Part shown: in pieces, positions 8,871 through 17,631 of the stretch
Layout of the letters: every line of letters starts with the position of its first letter
Position numbering within the stretch: the stretch's first letter is position 1
Assembly (NCBI GenBank): GCA_043718025.1
Contig: JAYSWN010000145.1
Location: 1-24,948, forward strand
Length of the DNA stretch: 24,948 nt
Reading direction: 5' to 3'
From: Pseudomonadota bacterium
GTDB lineage: Bacteria; Bdellovibrionota; FAC87; UBA2466
Notes under the pieces: generated by a model
What the model saw: the letters and a program-made list of their open reading frames with translations, nothing else
What the model was told of the DNA's origin: nothing
Databases searched by the model: none
Made by a program: the position numbers and the translations under genes

Positions 8871-9353
8871 TTACGGACAACCGGTTGAAAACGGACGCGG
8901 CGAACTTAGTATGCTTTGTAGCTCACCGGTTTTAGAGCTTTTGCAATTTAATTGATAAACGAACGACCCCACGCCCACTTTTGGCCGCGGGCACTTGCAA
9001 GCCCACTTAGCGGTGTGCTTATTGGCGTGAGAATCACAGGCGCACTTGTAGATCGCACGACCCAAGGTTTCGGTTTCGCCATCTCGGCCATCAAAAGAGA
9101 GTTGACCCAGTACGGTACCCGTATTCAATAAGATATCGTCATCGCGGTGGGCAATTGCCGGACAACGAAAACTTCCTTTGACCTTTACGAAGCAAGATCC
9201 AGACTCCGTTACCACCTCTCCGGGTCCGTCATCAACCAGCACCTGACCAGGATAACCGCGGTCATCAAACAAAGAGTCTTCGTCGGCCGAGGCAAAGCAA
9301 AAGGGGGCATCGAGTAAGGCAAAACCAAGGATAAAAAATAAACCTGTTTTCAT
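8871..9353 (-). CDS. small exported Cys-rich hypothetical protein (160 aa)
   Basis: ATG 9353 is preceded by GGAG. Signal peptide MKTGLFFILGFALLDAPFCFA, acidic linker, then 8 Cys including CAC and CKC. Confidence 0.72.
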   Translation of the reverse strand: MKTGLFFILGFALLDAPFCFASADEDSLFDDRGYPGQVLVDDGPGEVVTESGSCFVKVKGSFRCPAIAHRDDDILLNTGTVLGQLSFDGRDGETETLGRAIYKCACDSHANKHTAKWACKCPRPKVGVGSFVYQLNCKSSKTGELQSILSSPRPFSTGCP

Positions 9354-9547
9354 GATCTCTCCGGAGGCATTTTGTGGTTGAGGAGGACTAGATTCTACCA
9401 CGGAAGAGCGGTCGTCATTAATGCGGGCCAGCGCCCGCAGGACAAAGCTAATAACGCAGTATTTCAACGCCTTAACAAAATAAAAGCCCACGTAAGTCAC
9501 GCCGCAAAAATGAGCCTAGCTAAATCGCTGATCTAGAAATCCAAGTC

Positions 9548-9556
9548 TGCTATGGT
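9548..9556 (+). promoter_or_regulatory. extended -10 candidate for mscS
   Basis: TG-C-TATGGT, followed by Shine-Dalgarno GAGGT (9583-9587) and ATG 9595. Confidence 0.35.
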
Positions 9557-9594
9557 TGCGACCAAATTTTTACCTACGTTTTGAGGTAACCCTG

Positions 9595-11184
9595 ATGCGT
9601 CTATTACTGGCTCTCTTATTTAGTTTATCCATCGCGAGGGGGGCCGAAGTGGTGGAGCCCGCCGCGCTGATGCTGGAAGGACAGACCCTTTTTACTTTTC
9701 GAACCCCGGTCGGGTCCATTTCTCCGGTAGAAAGAGTTAAACTGATTTCAGCCCGACTCCATCGCCTGCAAGCCGACCGCACTTTCGATCTCAATCGAAT
9801 TGTGACGCACCATGAAAACGATCTCGGTTGGCAAATTCTAGCCGGAGAAAATCTACTACTTGTCATCACCCCAAAGGATGAAGTTGGCGAGGGGCACACC
9901 GGTAAGGTGATCGCCGAGACCATTGCCTTTCGCCTAAAAGAGATTCTATCTGACGATCGTCAAGCCAAAAGCCCAACCGAACTTCTGATCCACTCGCTCT
10001 ACGCGTTGCTCTATACCCTGGGCCTAGTACTTCTGCTTTGGGCCCTAAATAAATTGTACAATTTTTCAAAGAGCCGACTTTTAATTTGGGAAGGGACTTT
10101 AATTCGTTCCCTGCAAATTAAAACCTTCGAAATACTTCCGGCCGCCCGCATCACCAAACTTTCGCTCTGGCTGCTTTCTGCACTGAAATTTACCACCACG
10201 ATCACCCTATTCTATTTTTACATACCACTGGTCTTGGCCCTTTTTCCCTGGACGGCTCATTACAGCACTTTGCTCTTGGGCTACGTAACCACCCCCCTCT
10301 GGCACATTCTGAACGCCTTCGTGGCCTTTATTCCTAACTTGTTCTTCATCGTCATCAATCTGCTGGTCACCCGGTACGCGCTAAAACTCATTCGCACTTT
10401 TTTTACAGAAATTGAGGTTGGAAACCTAAAACTAACCGGCTTTTACAGTGAGTGGGCAAGGCCAACGTTCCAATTGGTGCGCATTTTTGTCGTGGCGTTT
10501 AGCGTGGTGGTTATCTTTCCATATATTCCGGGTTCGGGATCTCCAGCCTTCCAAGGGATTTCCGTTTTTCTTGGCGTCATTGTTTCCTTTGGTTCGAGTT
10601 CGGCCATGGCCAACGTGATTTCGGGATTAGTGCTCACTTACATGCGGTCGTTTCGTATTGGCGATCGGGTGAAGATTGCGGAGGCGATGGGTGATGTGGT
10701 GGAAACCACCCTGCTCGTCACGCGCATTAGAACGGTTAAGAATGTCGAAATTACCATCCCCAATTCCTTGGTGCTCAACAGCCACATGTTAAATTTTAGT
10801 ACCGCAGCGTTAAATGCGGGCTTGATTCTTCATACCGAAGTGACCATCGGTTACGATGCCTCATGGCGCAAAGTGCACGAACTCTTGATTGGGGCCGCGC
10901 TAAAGACCAATGGCATTTTAAGCGAACCGGCTCCGTTTGTTTATCAATCGGGCCTTGATGACTCTTACGTTCGTTATGAAATCAACGCCTACACTCGAGT
11001 GGCAAACCGCATGGCGGGCACCTATTCCGAGCTACGCCAACACATTCAAGATGCCTTCAACGAAGCGGGCGTCGAGATCATGTCGCCCAGTTATAGTGCC
11101 ATTCGTGACGGAAACACGGTTACCATACCGCCCGACAAACGCCCCGAGGGGTACACGCCGTCCTCATTTCGCATTGATTCTTAA
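9595..11184 (+). CDS. mscS: small-conductance mechanosensitive channel family protein with N-terminal periplasmic domain
   Basis: MscS core ANVISGLVL..RSFRIGDRVKI...GDVVETTLLVTRIRT....ITIPNS, VTIGYD, FNEAGVEIMSP; signal peptide and several TM helices; GAGGT Shine-Dalgarno. Confidence 0.93.
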   Translation: MRLLLALLFSLSIARGAEVVEPAALMLEGQTLFTFRTPVGSISPVERVKLISARLHRLQADRTFDLNRIVTHHENDLGWQILAGENLLLVITPKDEVGEGHTGKVIAETIAFRLKEILSDDRQAKSPTELLIHSLYALLYTLGLVLLLWALNKLYNFSKSRLLIWEGTLIRSLQIKTFEILPAARITKLSLWLLSALKFTTTITLFYFYIPLVLALFPWTAHYSTLLLGYVTTPLWHILNAFVAFIPNLFFIVINLLVTRYALKLIRTFFTEIEVGNLKLTGFYSEWARPTFQLVRIFVVAFSVVVIFPYIPGSGSPAFQGISVFLGVIVSFGSSSAMANVISGLVLTYMRSFRIGDRVKIAEAMGDVVETTLLVTRIRTVKNVEITIPNSLVLNSHMLNFSTAALNAGLILHTEVTIGYDASWRKVHELLIGAALKTNGILSEPAPFVYQSGLDDSYVRYEINAYTRVANRMAGTYSELRQHIQDAFNEAGVEIMSPSYSAIRDGNTVTIPPDKRPEGYTPSSFRIDS

Positions 11185-11199
11185 ACTCGGCCGTTTTCC

Positions 11200-12915
11200 T
11201 TAAATAGTTTTTAGAAACTCAATTAAATGATCGGTATCCTGAGGCGTCAAATAGCCGTTGAACGGAGACGAACCAAGATCGTGACCACTATTTTTCAGGC
11301 CCGGTATTCCAACTTTATCGAAGATCTGAAACCTCACGCTTTGGTCGTAGACCCGGAGATTATTATTTTCGGCAGAACTCTGCTTGAAATTAACAACGTC
11401 GAGCTCTGAAAAAGTGGACAGATCAACAGCCTTCCAGCCCAGTGCCTCTTGATCGTAGTACTGATGACTAGCCGGGCGCGGCCAAACTCCAAATTTATTG
11501 TAGCGCGCGCCTGGCGGCCCTAACAGCTGGCGAACGTTGGCCACCGATCCATTGTGAAGATAAGGCGCCCGCGCCCAAATCCCCACCAGCGGAGGAGCAA
11601 TATAGCCTTGGTTGTAAACAATGTTGGCGCCCACCCCATTTGCCTTAACCGCTTTCCACTCCGAAATCCTGGGAAGCACTTCGGTGAAGAATTTAAAGCG
11701 TTGATCATCCGTACCAACGTCGGCAACTATTTCGCCCGTGTAATTTAAGGTCCACTGGCTTCCCGTTTTCTGGAAACTGCCGTGGCATTCGGCGCAATTG
11801 CGCGCATAGACCTGGTGCCCCTTAGTGACAACTGCAGCGTGCACCGCAAACGGATATTTTGGGGGCTCGATTTTGGATAAGTACTGAGGCACTTGCTGCT
11901 CGAATTCGTGAGCGTACTCCAAGTAATCTGAACCATCCGGGTTTATGCTAAAGGCCAGTCGGTAAGTCACCTCAGCGGTGTTTCCTGAAAAACCGCCGTC
12001 AACGTACAACTTGTTCAAAGGCTGCTTATAACGATAGTTTCCCCAACTCTGAGTTTTTAGAAATGGCTGCGCTTGGGCCACCGCCGCGAGCGCCGCCACG
12101 GCGGGATTTACCTTTGGCGAAGCGAAAAAATAGTCAAGCAACAGCAAAGGTTGAATTCGGGGAAAAGGGTCTCTTACCAAACCGGCCAACACTCCATAGT
12201 AGTCGGCCCCGTTAACAAAACTATTGCCGCGTGGATTGCGTTCAACGGCGTGGCCAAACGCACCAGAGCCAGGATACTTTTCTTGTTCATTTTCTTGCAA
12301 ATCACCTTGAAACGCCTCGTGGACCCTCTGCATGTCGATGAATACATTTGGCGTGGCGAAACTAACCGCGGGCACCCCGTCCACCCGACTAGGTACGATG
12401 GAAGTGTGGCAAACCAAGCAGTTTACCGATAGGGCCGCCCGATTTTTTTTTGCAAACACATAGCGGGAGATGGCCACTTTTCCGTCCTCATCCACCATGA
12501 TCGGGGCCGCCTTAGCTTCGGTGCTGTTCAATCCGGCCGGAATGTATTTATTTTCGTTTCGATCGTCGAAATAGAGTCCGTAGGCCTCAAAGATGGCGTT
12601 GCGCGCCGCTTGCACTTCAAGGAAGGCAAATGAACTTACTGCCCCACTTGGCGCCACGGGCTCGGGAGAAAAGCGACTCAAAACTCGTATCAAAGAACTG
12701 CGTAAGTATTGCGGCTGCGCGTCTTTATAACGACAGCGCAGGACCCATTCGCCCTCGGATACCGGCGGCAAGTGGTCCTTTGCAACGATATCGCAATTTA
12801 TTTTTTGTTCAACTGGTGCAGGGTTACCAAGGACGGAGTGAACCAAAAACAAAAATAGAAGAGCGAAGTAATTTTTCGCGCGATTGAGTTCAATTGGATT
12901 CAATGTGATGCCCAC
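11200..12915 (-). CDS. exported di-haem c-type cytochrome, RoxA (rubber oxygenase)-like
   Basis: Two CxxCH motifs (CLVCH aa166-170, CAECH aa374-378), DVGTD..R, GYIAPPLVGIWARAPYLHNGSV, C-terminal NSGH and LIEFLKTI; hydrophobic N-terminal segment. Exact start uncertain. Confidence 0.85.
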   Translation of the reverse strand: MGITLNPIELNRAKNYFALLFLFLVHSVLGNPAPVEQKINCDIVAKDHLPPVSEGEWVLRCRYKDAQPQYLRSSLIRVLSRFSPEPVAPSGAVSSFAFLEVQAARNAIFEAYGLYFDDRNENKYIPAGLNSTEAKAAPIMVDEDGKVAISRYVFAKKNRAALSVNCLVCHTSIVPSRVDGVPAVSFATPNVFIDMQRVHEAFQGDLQENEQEKYPGSGAFGHAVERNPRGNSFVNGADYYGVLAGLVRDPFPRIQPLLLLDYFFASPKVNPAVAALAAVAQAQPFLKTQSWGNYRYKQPLNKLYVDGGFSGNTAEVTYRLAFSINPDGSDYLEYAHEFEQQVPQYLSKIEPPKYPFAVHAAVVTKGHQVYARNCAECHGSFQKTGSQWTLNYTGEIVADVGTDDQRFKFFTEVLPRISEWKAVKANGVGANIVYNQGYIAPPLVGIWARAPYLHNGSVANVRQLLGPPGARYNKFGVWPRPASHQYYDQEALGWKAVDLSTFSELDVVNFKQSSAENNNLRVYDQSVRFQIFDKVGIPGLKNSGHDLGSSPFNGYLTPQDTDHLIEFLKTI

Positions 12916-12965
12916 CCGTTAGACTGGGCTTAACATCAACATTAACGCGGTGTGAAGCGTAAAAT

Positions 12966-13826
12966 TTAATAGCCCCGTTCGGCCAGATCAGAGGAGACGC
13001 CGCGAATAAATTTTTCGACCCCAAAGGGGGTCACGTTCTTTCGCCCCAGTCCAGCCACGGTAAAATGATCGGCTTCGACCGTGCCACGAAAATTTCCCCA
13101 CTGGGCTGAAACCACCGAAACCATGCCGTCGTTTGGCCCCTCTACAGCCGCAATGGTGGCGTGGTTCTTTCTTAAAAGGCGATGAATGCCACGGGGCTGA
13201 TCGGCATGAATCGCGCTTGCCGCATAGCTTTGGTAGTAGACCGTTGGCGAATCGACCACGTCGTGATTAAAAGTTTGCGCCTGCTCAGTGGTTAAATCGT
13301 AGAGCCCGTCTTTAATATGCGATTCATTTAAGTGGGTGGCCTGATTAAATAGCGAGGCCAAGAAATCTACCAGCTTTGCTAAAACGGCATAACCGCCGGC
13401 ATTCACTTCGGCAAAAAGCGCGTCGGCCACCGGCGACCCGCGGTGAGGGGTTGCCAAAGTGGTAAGGCTTGCCACCTTCCCCGAAAAATTTAGGCGCGAG
13501 ATCAAATAGCGAGAGTCCAATCCGCCCATCGAGTGGGCGATGACATTCACATGGCCCAAGTTCGTGATCTCTAGCACCTCGTCAATTCGACCCGCCAGCT
13601 GACCGGCCCTAAGTCTTACCGGCCCAACCGCCGACACTTCCGCAAAAAAAACCTGATTTCCCTGCTGACGAAGCGCGCTGGCGATTCGCTTCATCGAGAA
13701 CAGCCCATCGCTGGCTAAAATGCCATGGGCTAAGACGATGGGGTAGCGGGTGGTTTCGGCACACAATGTGCTCGTTAGGGTTAAATAGAAAACACCGGCC
13801 GACCGAAGCAACAGTTTTATACTCAT
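12966..13826 (-). CDS. exported triacylglycerol lipase (alpha/beta hydrolase)
   Basis: YPIVLAHGI, VNVIAHSMGGLDSRY (nucleophile), TLATPHRGS, NDGMVS (Asp), ADH (His). Start set at ATG 13826, which gives a signal peptide. Confidence 0.92.
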   Translation of the reverse strand: MSIKLLLRSAGVFYLTLTSTLCAETTRYPIVLAHGILASDGLFSMKRIASALRQQGNQVFFAEVSAVGPVRLRAGQLAGRIDEVLEITNLGHVNVIAHSMGGLDSRYLISRLNFSGKVASLTTLATPHRGSPVADALFAEVNAGGYAVLAKLVDFLASLFNQATHLNESHIKDGLYDLTTEQAQTFNHDVVDSPTVYYQSYAASAIHADQPRGIHRLLRKNHATIAAVEGPNDGMVSVVSAQWGNFRGTVEADHFTVAGLGRKNVTPFGVEKFIRGVSSDLAERGY

Positions 13827-14002
13827 CCCCCCGTATCGGTTGATTGAATCGCGCAGATTAGCCCACCCACCAACGTTTTGACTCATTGCACCGCAAAACG
13901 AAAAATGTTATCCGCTTGGTAACCACCGGCACTCAGATTTGCATCTCAGCCAGGATCTGCCGTTGGCCCAGCGGTTCAAACAAACAAAGAGGCGATTTGG
14001 TG

Positions 14003-15958
14003 ATGGTGCAGACATTACTGTGTGTCATTTTGGGGCTTTCGAGCGGACCGGCTCTTGGCCAAGATCCCAATTTGATCAATCTTGCGAACCGCGTTCAAAG
14101 CACGCCGGTTTACTTTTCAAAACTGACCCCCGAATCGCTTAAGGCCGCCATCGAGCGTTTCATCGTTGAGATGAACCGCACGTTAGGCAAGGTGTCGGGG
14201 AGTGTCGCCGCGGACATCGAAGAGGCATTTGCGTTCGACTCCGTTAAGAGCGAGCTACTCTCTGCAGCTCCCGATTTAGAGTTGCTGAATAAGACCGCCC
14301 TTCGCATGCGCACTTCCGAGACTCAGCCCATCGATTTTTCGGAAAAACGTTGGATTGATTTTCGCACCAGCTACTACCAATTGCTCAGTCAGATTCGTTC
14401 CGCTGCAGAGAGCAACGGACTTGTTGAAACGCAAAACCGCATCACTAAGATTACCGCGGCGATTCGTGGGTTCGCCGCCACCAATGAGTTGGTAGTAAAA
14501 ACCAGCCTACTTAGCGACATCGCGCGCGACTACCGCTGGCTTGCCGAACGCAACCAAGCCGCAGATCATCGACGGCTGATTGACAGTCATTTTCGCCGTC
14601 CCAACCAAGTCATGCTGGTCAGCGGATTGAAACTGGAAACGGCCTCGTACACGCCATTTTCCGAATCGCGGCCCGTGAATAAAATTAAAGACGGTATTTG
14701 GATGCATGGAGTGGGCGAAGGCTCAGGCAGTGGCTTTGCTTCATTCGTTTCCAACCCAAATCGCGGGGAGATCCAGTTAAACCTCTCCGGCACGGTAAAC
14801 GCCAACGACGTTAAGGCACAAATGGGCCGGTACACGATCACTTTAGATTCTGCCTCTACCCTTTTGGGTACCGCCAAATTTTATGTCGACCTTCCGCTAA
14901 AAATTTCGCGCGGCCCGGTTGCGGTCAACGTCAACACCACAACCACCGCAAAAAGCGGTGAATTTGCCCCGAGACTGCTTTTTCCGGGAAGAAACCCAAA
15001 CAACGTTCTGCGCGGTGGCTTACGTTCACAGTTAGCGCTGAAAATGGGAAAAAAAAGTGAAGCCAAAGGCAATGCCGAGACTTCGGCTGAGATCAAGACC
15101 GAGTTCGAAAATAAAATCAACGAAGAGGTGGGCAAATTATTGAACGAGACTTCCCTCGCTGAATACGAAACAAAACTGGCAAGCATCCGCCAACTGGCCA
15201 AAGAGCAATTTGTGTTTCCGCTTGAGCGCCAAGACCTCTACCCGGCAATCAAACTCCACACCACTCAAACCGACCTAGTTGTGGAGGCGACTTTTTCGTC
15301 TGATGAGGACCTCACCACCGCGATGGCGGTGCCCTACGACGCCGTGCCGCGACAAAACTCCGATCTACGTGGCTTTATCAATGAGTCGTTGCTCAATAAT
15401 TACAGCCGGGTGCTTAAGGGGCAAAAGTTCGATGAAAATGAATTTCGAGACACCTTCTTCAAAGGTCTTGGCCTTGTCGTACCCGAAGAGGCCAGGTCTA
15501 ACTCCGGAGAACCGGCAATTCTCACCCTCGCCAACGCTTCGCCCTACAAGGTAGCTTTCGAAGAGGGCCACGCGGTGGTCACCTTGAAACTGAAATCGTT
15601 CGTAGCCGATGGCGAACGCTACAACGAACGCGAACTCCTGCTCAGCACTAAATACGCGTTCTCGATCCACACTGACAAAAAGGGAGTTCACGGTGGTGTG
15701 GTCGTCAATCGCACCGAGGGCTTCACCGTGAGCGCAACCGACGGTTCAGTGGCGGTGGGAAAAGACGCCGAAGCCCTGAAGAGCATCGCCAACAACTTCT
15801 TGGTGAAACAGGCCGTAGCCCAGGGCATGGGTCTTAGCGAAGCCGAGGTAAAAAAGTTTGGCGAAGAGGCGAAAAAAATTGGCAAGCTTTTAGCTAACCA
15901 GGTCGTCAGCACAAGGGGATGGCTCGGAATAGGCTGGAAACAAGTAGGGGGAAAATAA
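14003..15958 (+). CDS. exported hypothetical protein, possible BPI/LBP-like (TULIP) tubular lipid-binding fold
   Basis: ATG 14003 follows AGAGG; signal peptide ends ALG. About 200 helical residues precede two long-strand beta-rich halves separated by a long helix; ends GWLGIGW. The CDS is secure; the fold is inference. Confidence 0.8.
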   Translation: MVQTLLCVILGLSSGPALGQDPNLINLANRVQSTPVYFSKLTPESLKAAIERFIVEMNRTLGKVSGSVAADIEEAFAFDSVKSELLSAAPDLELLNKTALRMRTSETQPIDFSEKRWIDFRTSYYQLLSQIRSAAESNGLVETQNRITKITAAIRGFAATNELVVKTSLLSDIARDYRWLAERNQAADHRRLIDSHFRRPNQVMLVSGLKLETASYTPFSESRPVNKIKDGIWMHGVGEGSGSGFASFVSNPNRGEIQLNLSGTVNANDVKAQMGRYTITLDSASTLLGTAKFYVDLPLKISRGPVAVNVNTTTTAKSGEFAPRLLFPGRNPNNVLRGGLRSQLALKMGKKSEAKGNAETSAEIKTEFENKINEEVGKLLNETSLAEYETKLASIRQLAKEQFVFPLERQDLYPAIKLHTTQTDLVVEATFSSDEDLTTAMAVPYDAVPRQNSDLRGFINESLLNNYSRVLKGQKFDENEFRDTFFKGLGLVVPEEARSNSGEPAILTLANASPYKVAFEEGHAVVTLKLKSFVADGERYNERELLLSTKYAFSIHTDKKGVHGGVVVNRTEGFTVSATDGSVAVGKDAEALKSIANNFLVKQAVAQGMGLSEAEVKKFGEEAKKIGKLLANQVVSTRGWLGIGWKQVGGK

Positions 15959-17631
15959 TGTTACGTTTAATTTCAATATTGGTTCTTTTGCTTAACTCAT
16001 TCACCGCACCATCGGCACTTCCGGTAGTGACCAACCCGACGGTTGAGGCATTTAAAGAGACGGCCGTGCCTTGGGACAAGTTTGACGTTGCTCTATCCTT
16101 TGTTGGCAAAGGCAGTTCGGTGCCAGTAGACGCCGGGGTGCTGCAAGCGCTTATCGAGAAAATTCCCTCATTGGGAGATCCGGGGAAAGTGATCCTATCG
16201 GGAAGCAGCTCGGGCAGCATCGCCGCAATTTACTTGAGCTGTTTTGGAGTCAATCCGACGTCAGTGAAGAAATTGAGTGATTTTTTGGTAAAAGGAACTC
16301 CAGCCATCAATGAAGCACTGCAGGTACTGCGCGAAAGCGAAAACCCACTTACTAAACTGAAAAACTTTTTTACTTTGGGAAAGGCCCTACCCACCAGTAA
16401 CTTATACCCCTACGGCGCAGCGGCGGTTGGTTTGGAAAACGTTTCCGACAAGGAGCTGGAGACGCTGTCCCCAGACATGGTGAACAAACGCGCTACCTGC
16501 CGTAACGAGGTGCCGGTAGTGATTGTTGCGGCCAATCAAGAGGTGCTGGAAAATCGCTTAAACGCTAAAGCGACTCTTCTCAATCCCCTCACCCAAATTG
16601 ATTACGCGAAGGGTGAAATTAAACCAGGAACAAAATTTCCTACGCGCGGAGATAAATTGATCGACTACTCCAACTTCTCGGTGGAATGGAAAAGTGCTCG
16701 CCACAAATATTACGCGGGTTCGGAGGCAGGCCGGAAAGAGTTTGCGACCAATCACCCGCACCTAAATCTTCGCAAGGATGGCCTGGTGGGAAAGGCCTGT
16801 ACCTACTTCGCCGACGAAACCGCCGCGAAACTACTTGCACTGGTTCCGCACGAAGAGCGACTTTGCGACATTCGCGTCATGAAAACTGCCTATGATCGCG
16901 TTCTAGCGATTTTAGTGAGTTCCGCAGAGCCAACTTATTACGACGAAATAACGGAGCAGGCCCCCGAAAAACTGGATTTGGGGACTGGCTACGGTGGAAT
17001 GATCGAGGCCAGAAAAATTGCGAGCGCCCAGCAACCCATAGATGGGACCGTGGCCAGTTCGCGAATTCGTAATTATTGGGGTGGGTTCGCCATGCCATCG
17101 GTGCTTCAAGACATTCGCCGGGTCCTGCCGCAGGTGATTGGCATTGCCACCGGATTTAATCGCTTGGAAATGGAACAAGAAGGAAAATTGATTCAGGCCT
17201 ACTCAACCGTAAGCAGTAAAGAGATTTCCAAACGAACTGAGTATTGGGCTGACTTCACCATTCGCTTCGACGACCAAACCCGGGCCGCCATCCGCGGGCG
17301 TCTGTTAGATCGCCAGCAAGAATTTAACGCCGGCTATGAGATTACGAAAAAATGCATCCGGTCAGAAGAGACAGATGATGGCGCCGATAAGTTTTGCCGG
17401 CCCTACAAACATGAAATCATCAATGCCAAGCTAGCCCCCGAGGCCAAGGGGATGTCACTCGAGGCCAGAAGAGCGCGCCGTAAAAAAGCGATTGAAGATG
17501 ACGAAATTATCGAAGATCCTTTCTACTTCATGGCCACCGCCGATGCTTATTGGGAATCACCCAACGCCAAGGCTGAACTTTCGGATAAAAACCTGCCGGT
17601 TGGACGAGGCATCACGGGATTATTAAAATGA
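15958..17631 (+). CDS. exported divergent patatin-like protein
   Basis: TAATG coupling to the upstream gene; signal peptide; DVALSFVGKG (Gly-loop position), ILSGSSSGSI (GxSxG), VVIVAAN, SSAEPTYY (SxAxP), and YWGGF at the DGG position. Confidence 0.75.
   Translation: MLRLISILVLLLNSFTAPSALPVVTNPTVEAFKETAVPWDKFDVALSFVGKGSSVPVDAGVLQALIEKIPSLGDPGKVILSGSSSGSIAAIYLSCFGVNPTSVKKLSDFLVKGTPAINEALQVLRESENPLTKLKNFFTLGKALPTSNLYPYGAAAVGLENVSDKELETLSPDMVNKRATCRNEVPVVIVAANQEVLENRLNAKATLLNPLTQIDYAKGEIKPGTKFPTRGDKLIDYSNFSVEWKSARHKYYAGSEAGRKEFATNHPHLNLRKDGLVGKACTYFADETAAKLLALVPHEERLCDIRVMKTAYDRVLAILVSSAEPTYYDEITEQAPEKLDLGTGYGGMIEARKIASAQQPIDGTVASSRIRNYWGGFAMPSVLQDIRRVLPQVIGIATGFNRLEMEQEGKLIQAYSTVSSKEISKRTEYWADFTIRFDDQTRAAIRGRLLDRQQEFNAGYEITKKCIRSEETDDGADKFCRPYKHEIINAKLAPEAKGMSLEARRARRKKAIEDDEIIEDPFYFMATADAYWESPNAKAELSDKNLPVGRGITGLLK

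Noticed and set aside
13927..13943. CGGCACTCAGATTTGCA, sigma54-like, upstream of the plus-strand operon
   Set aside because: GG to GC spacing is 11 nt and sigma54 requires 10. Worth re-checking only if the assembly has an indel here.
15958..17631. Patatin as a CBASS (CapV) anti-phage effector
   Set aside because: It has a signal peptide and there is no CD-NTase or other defence gene nearby.
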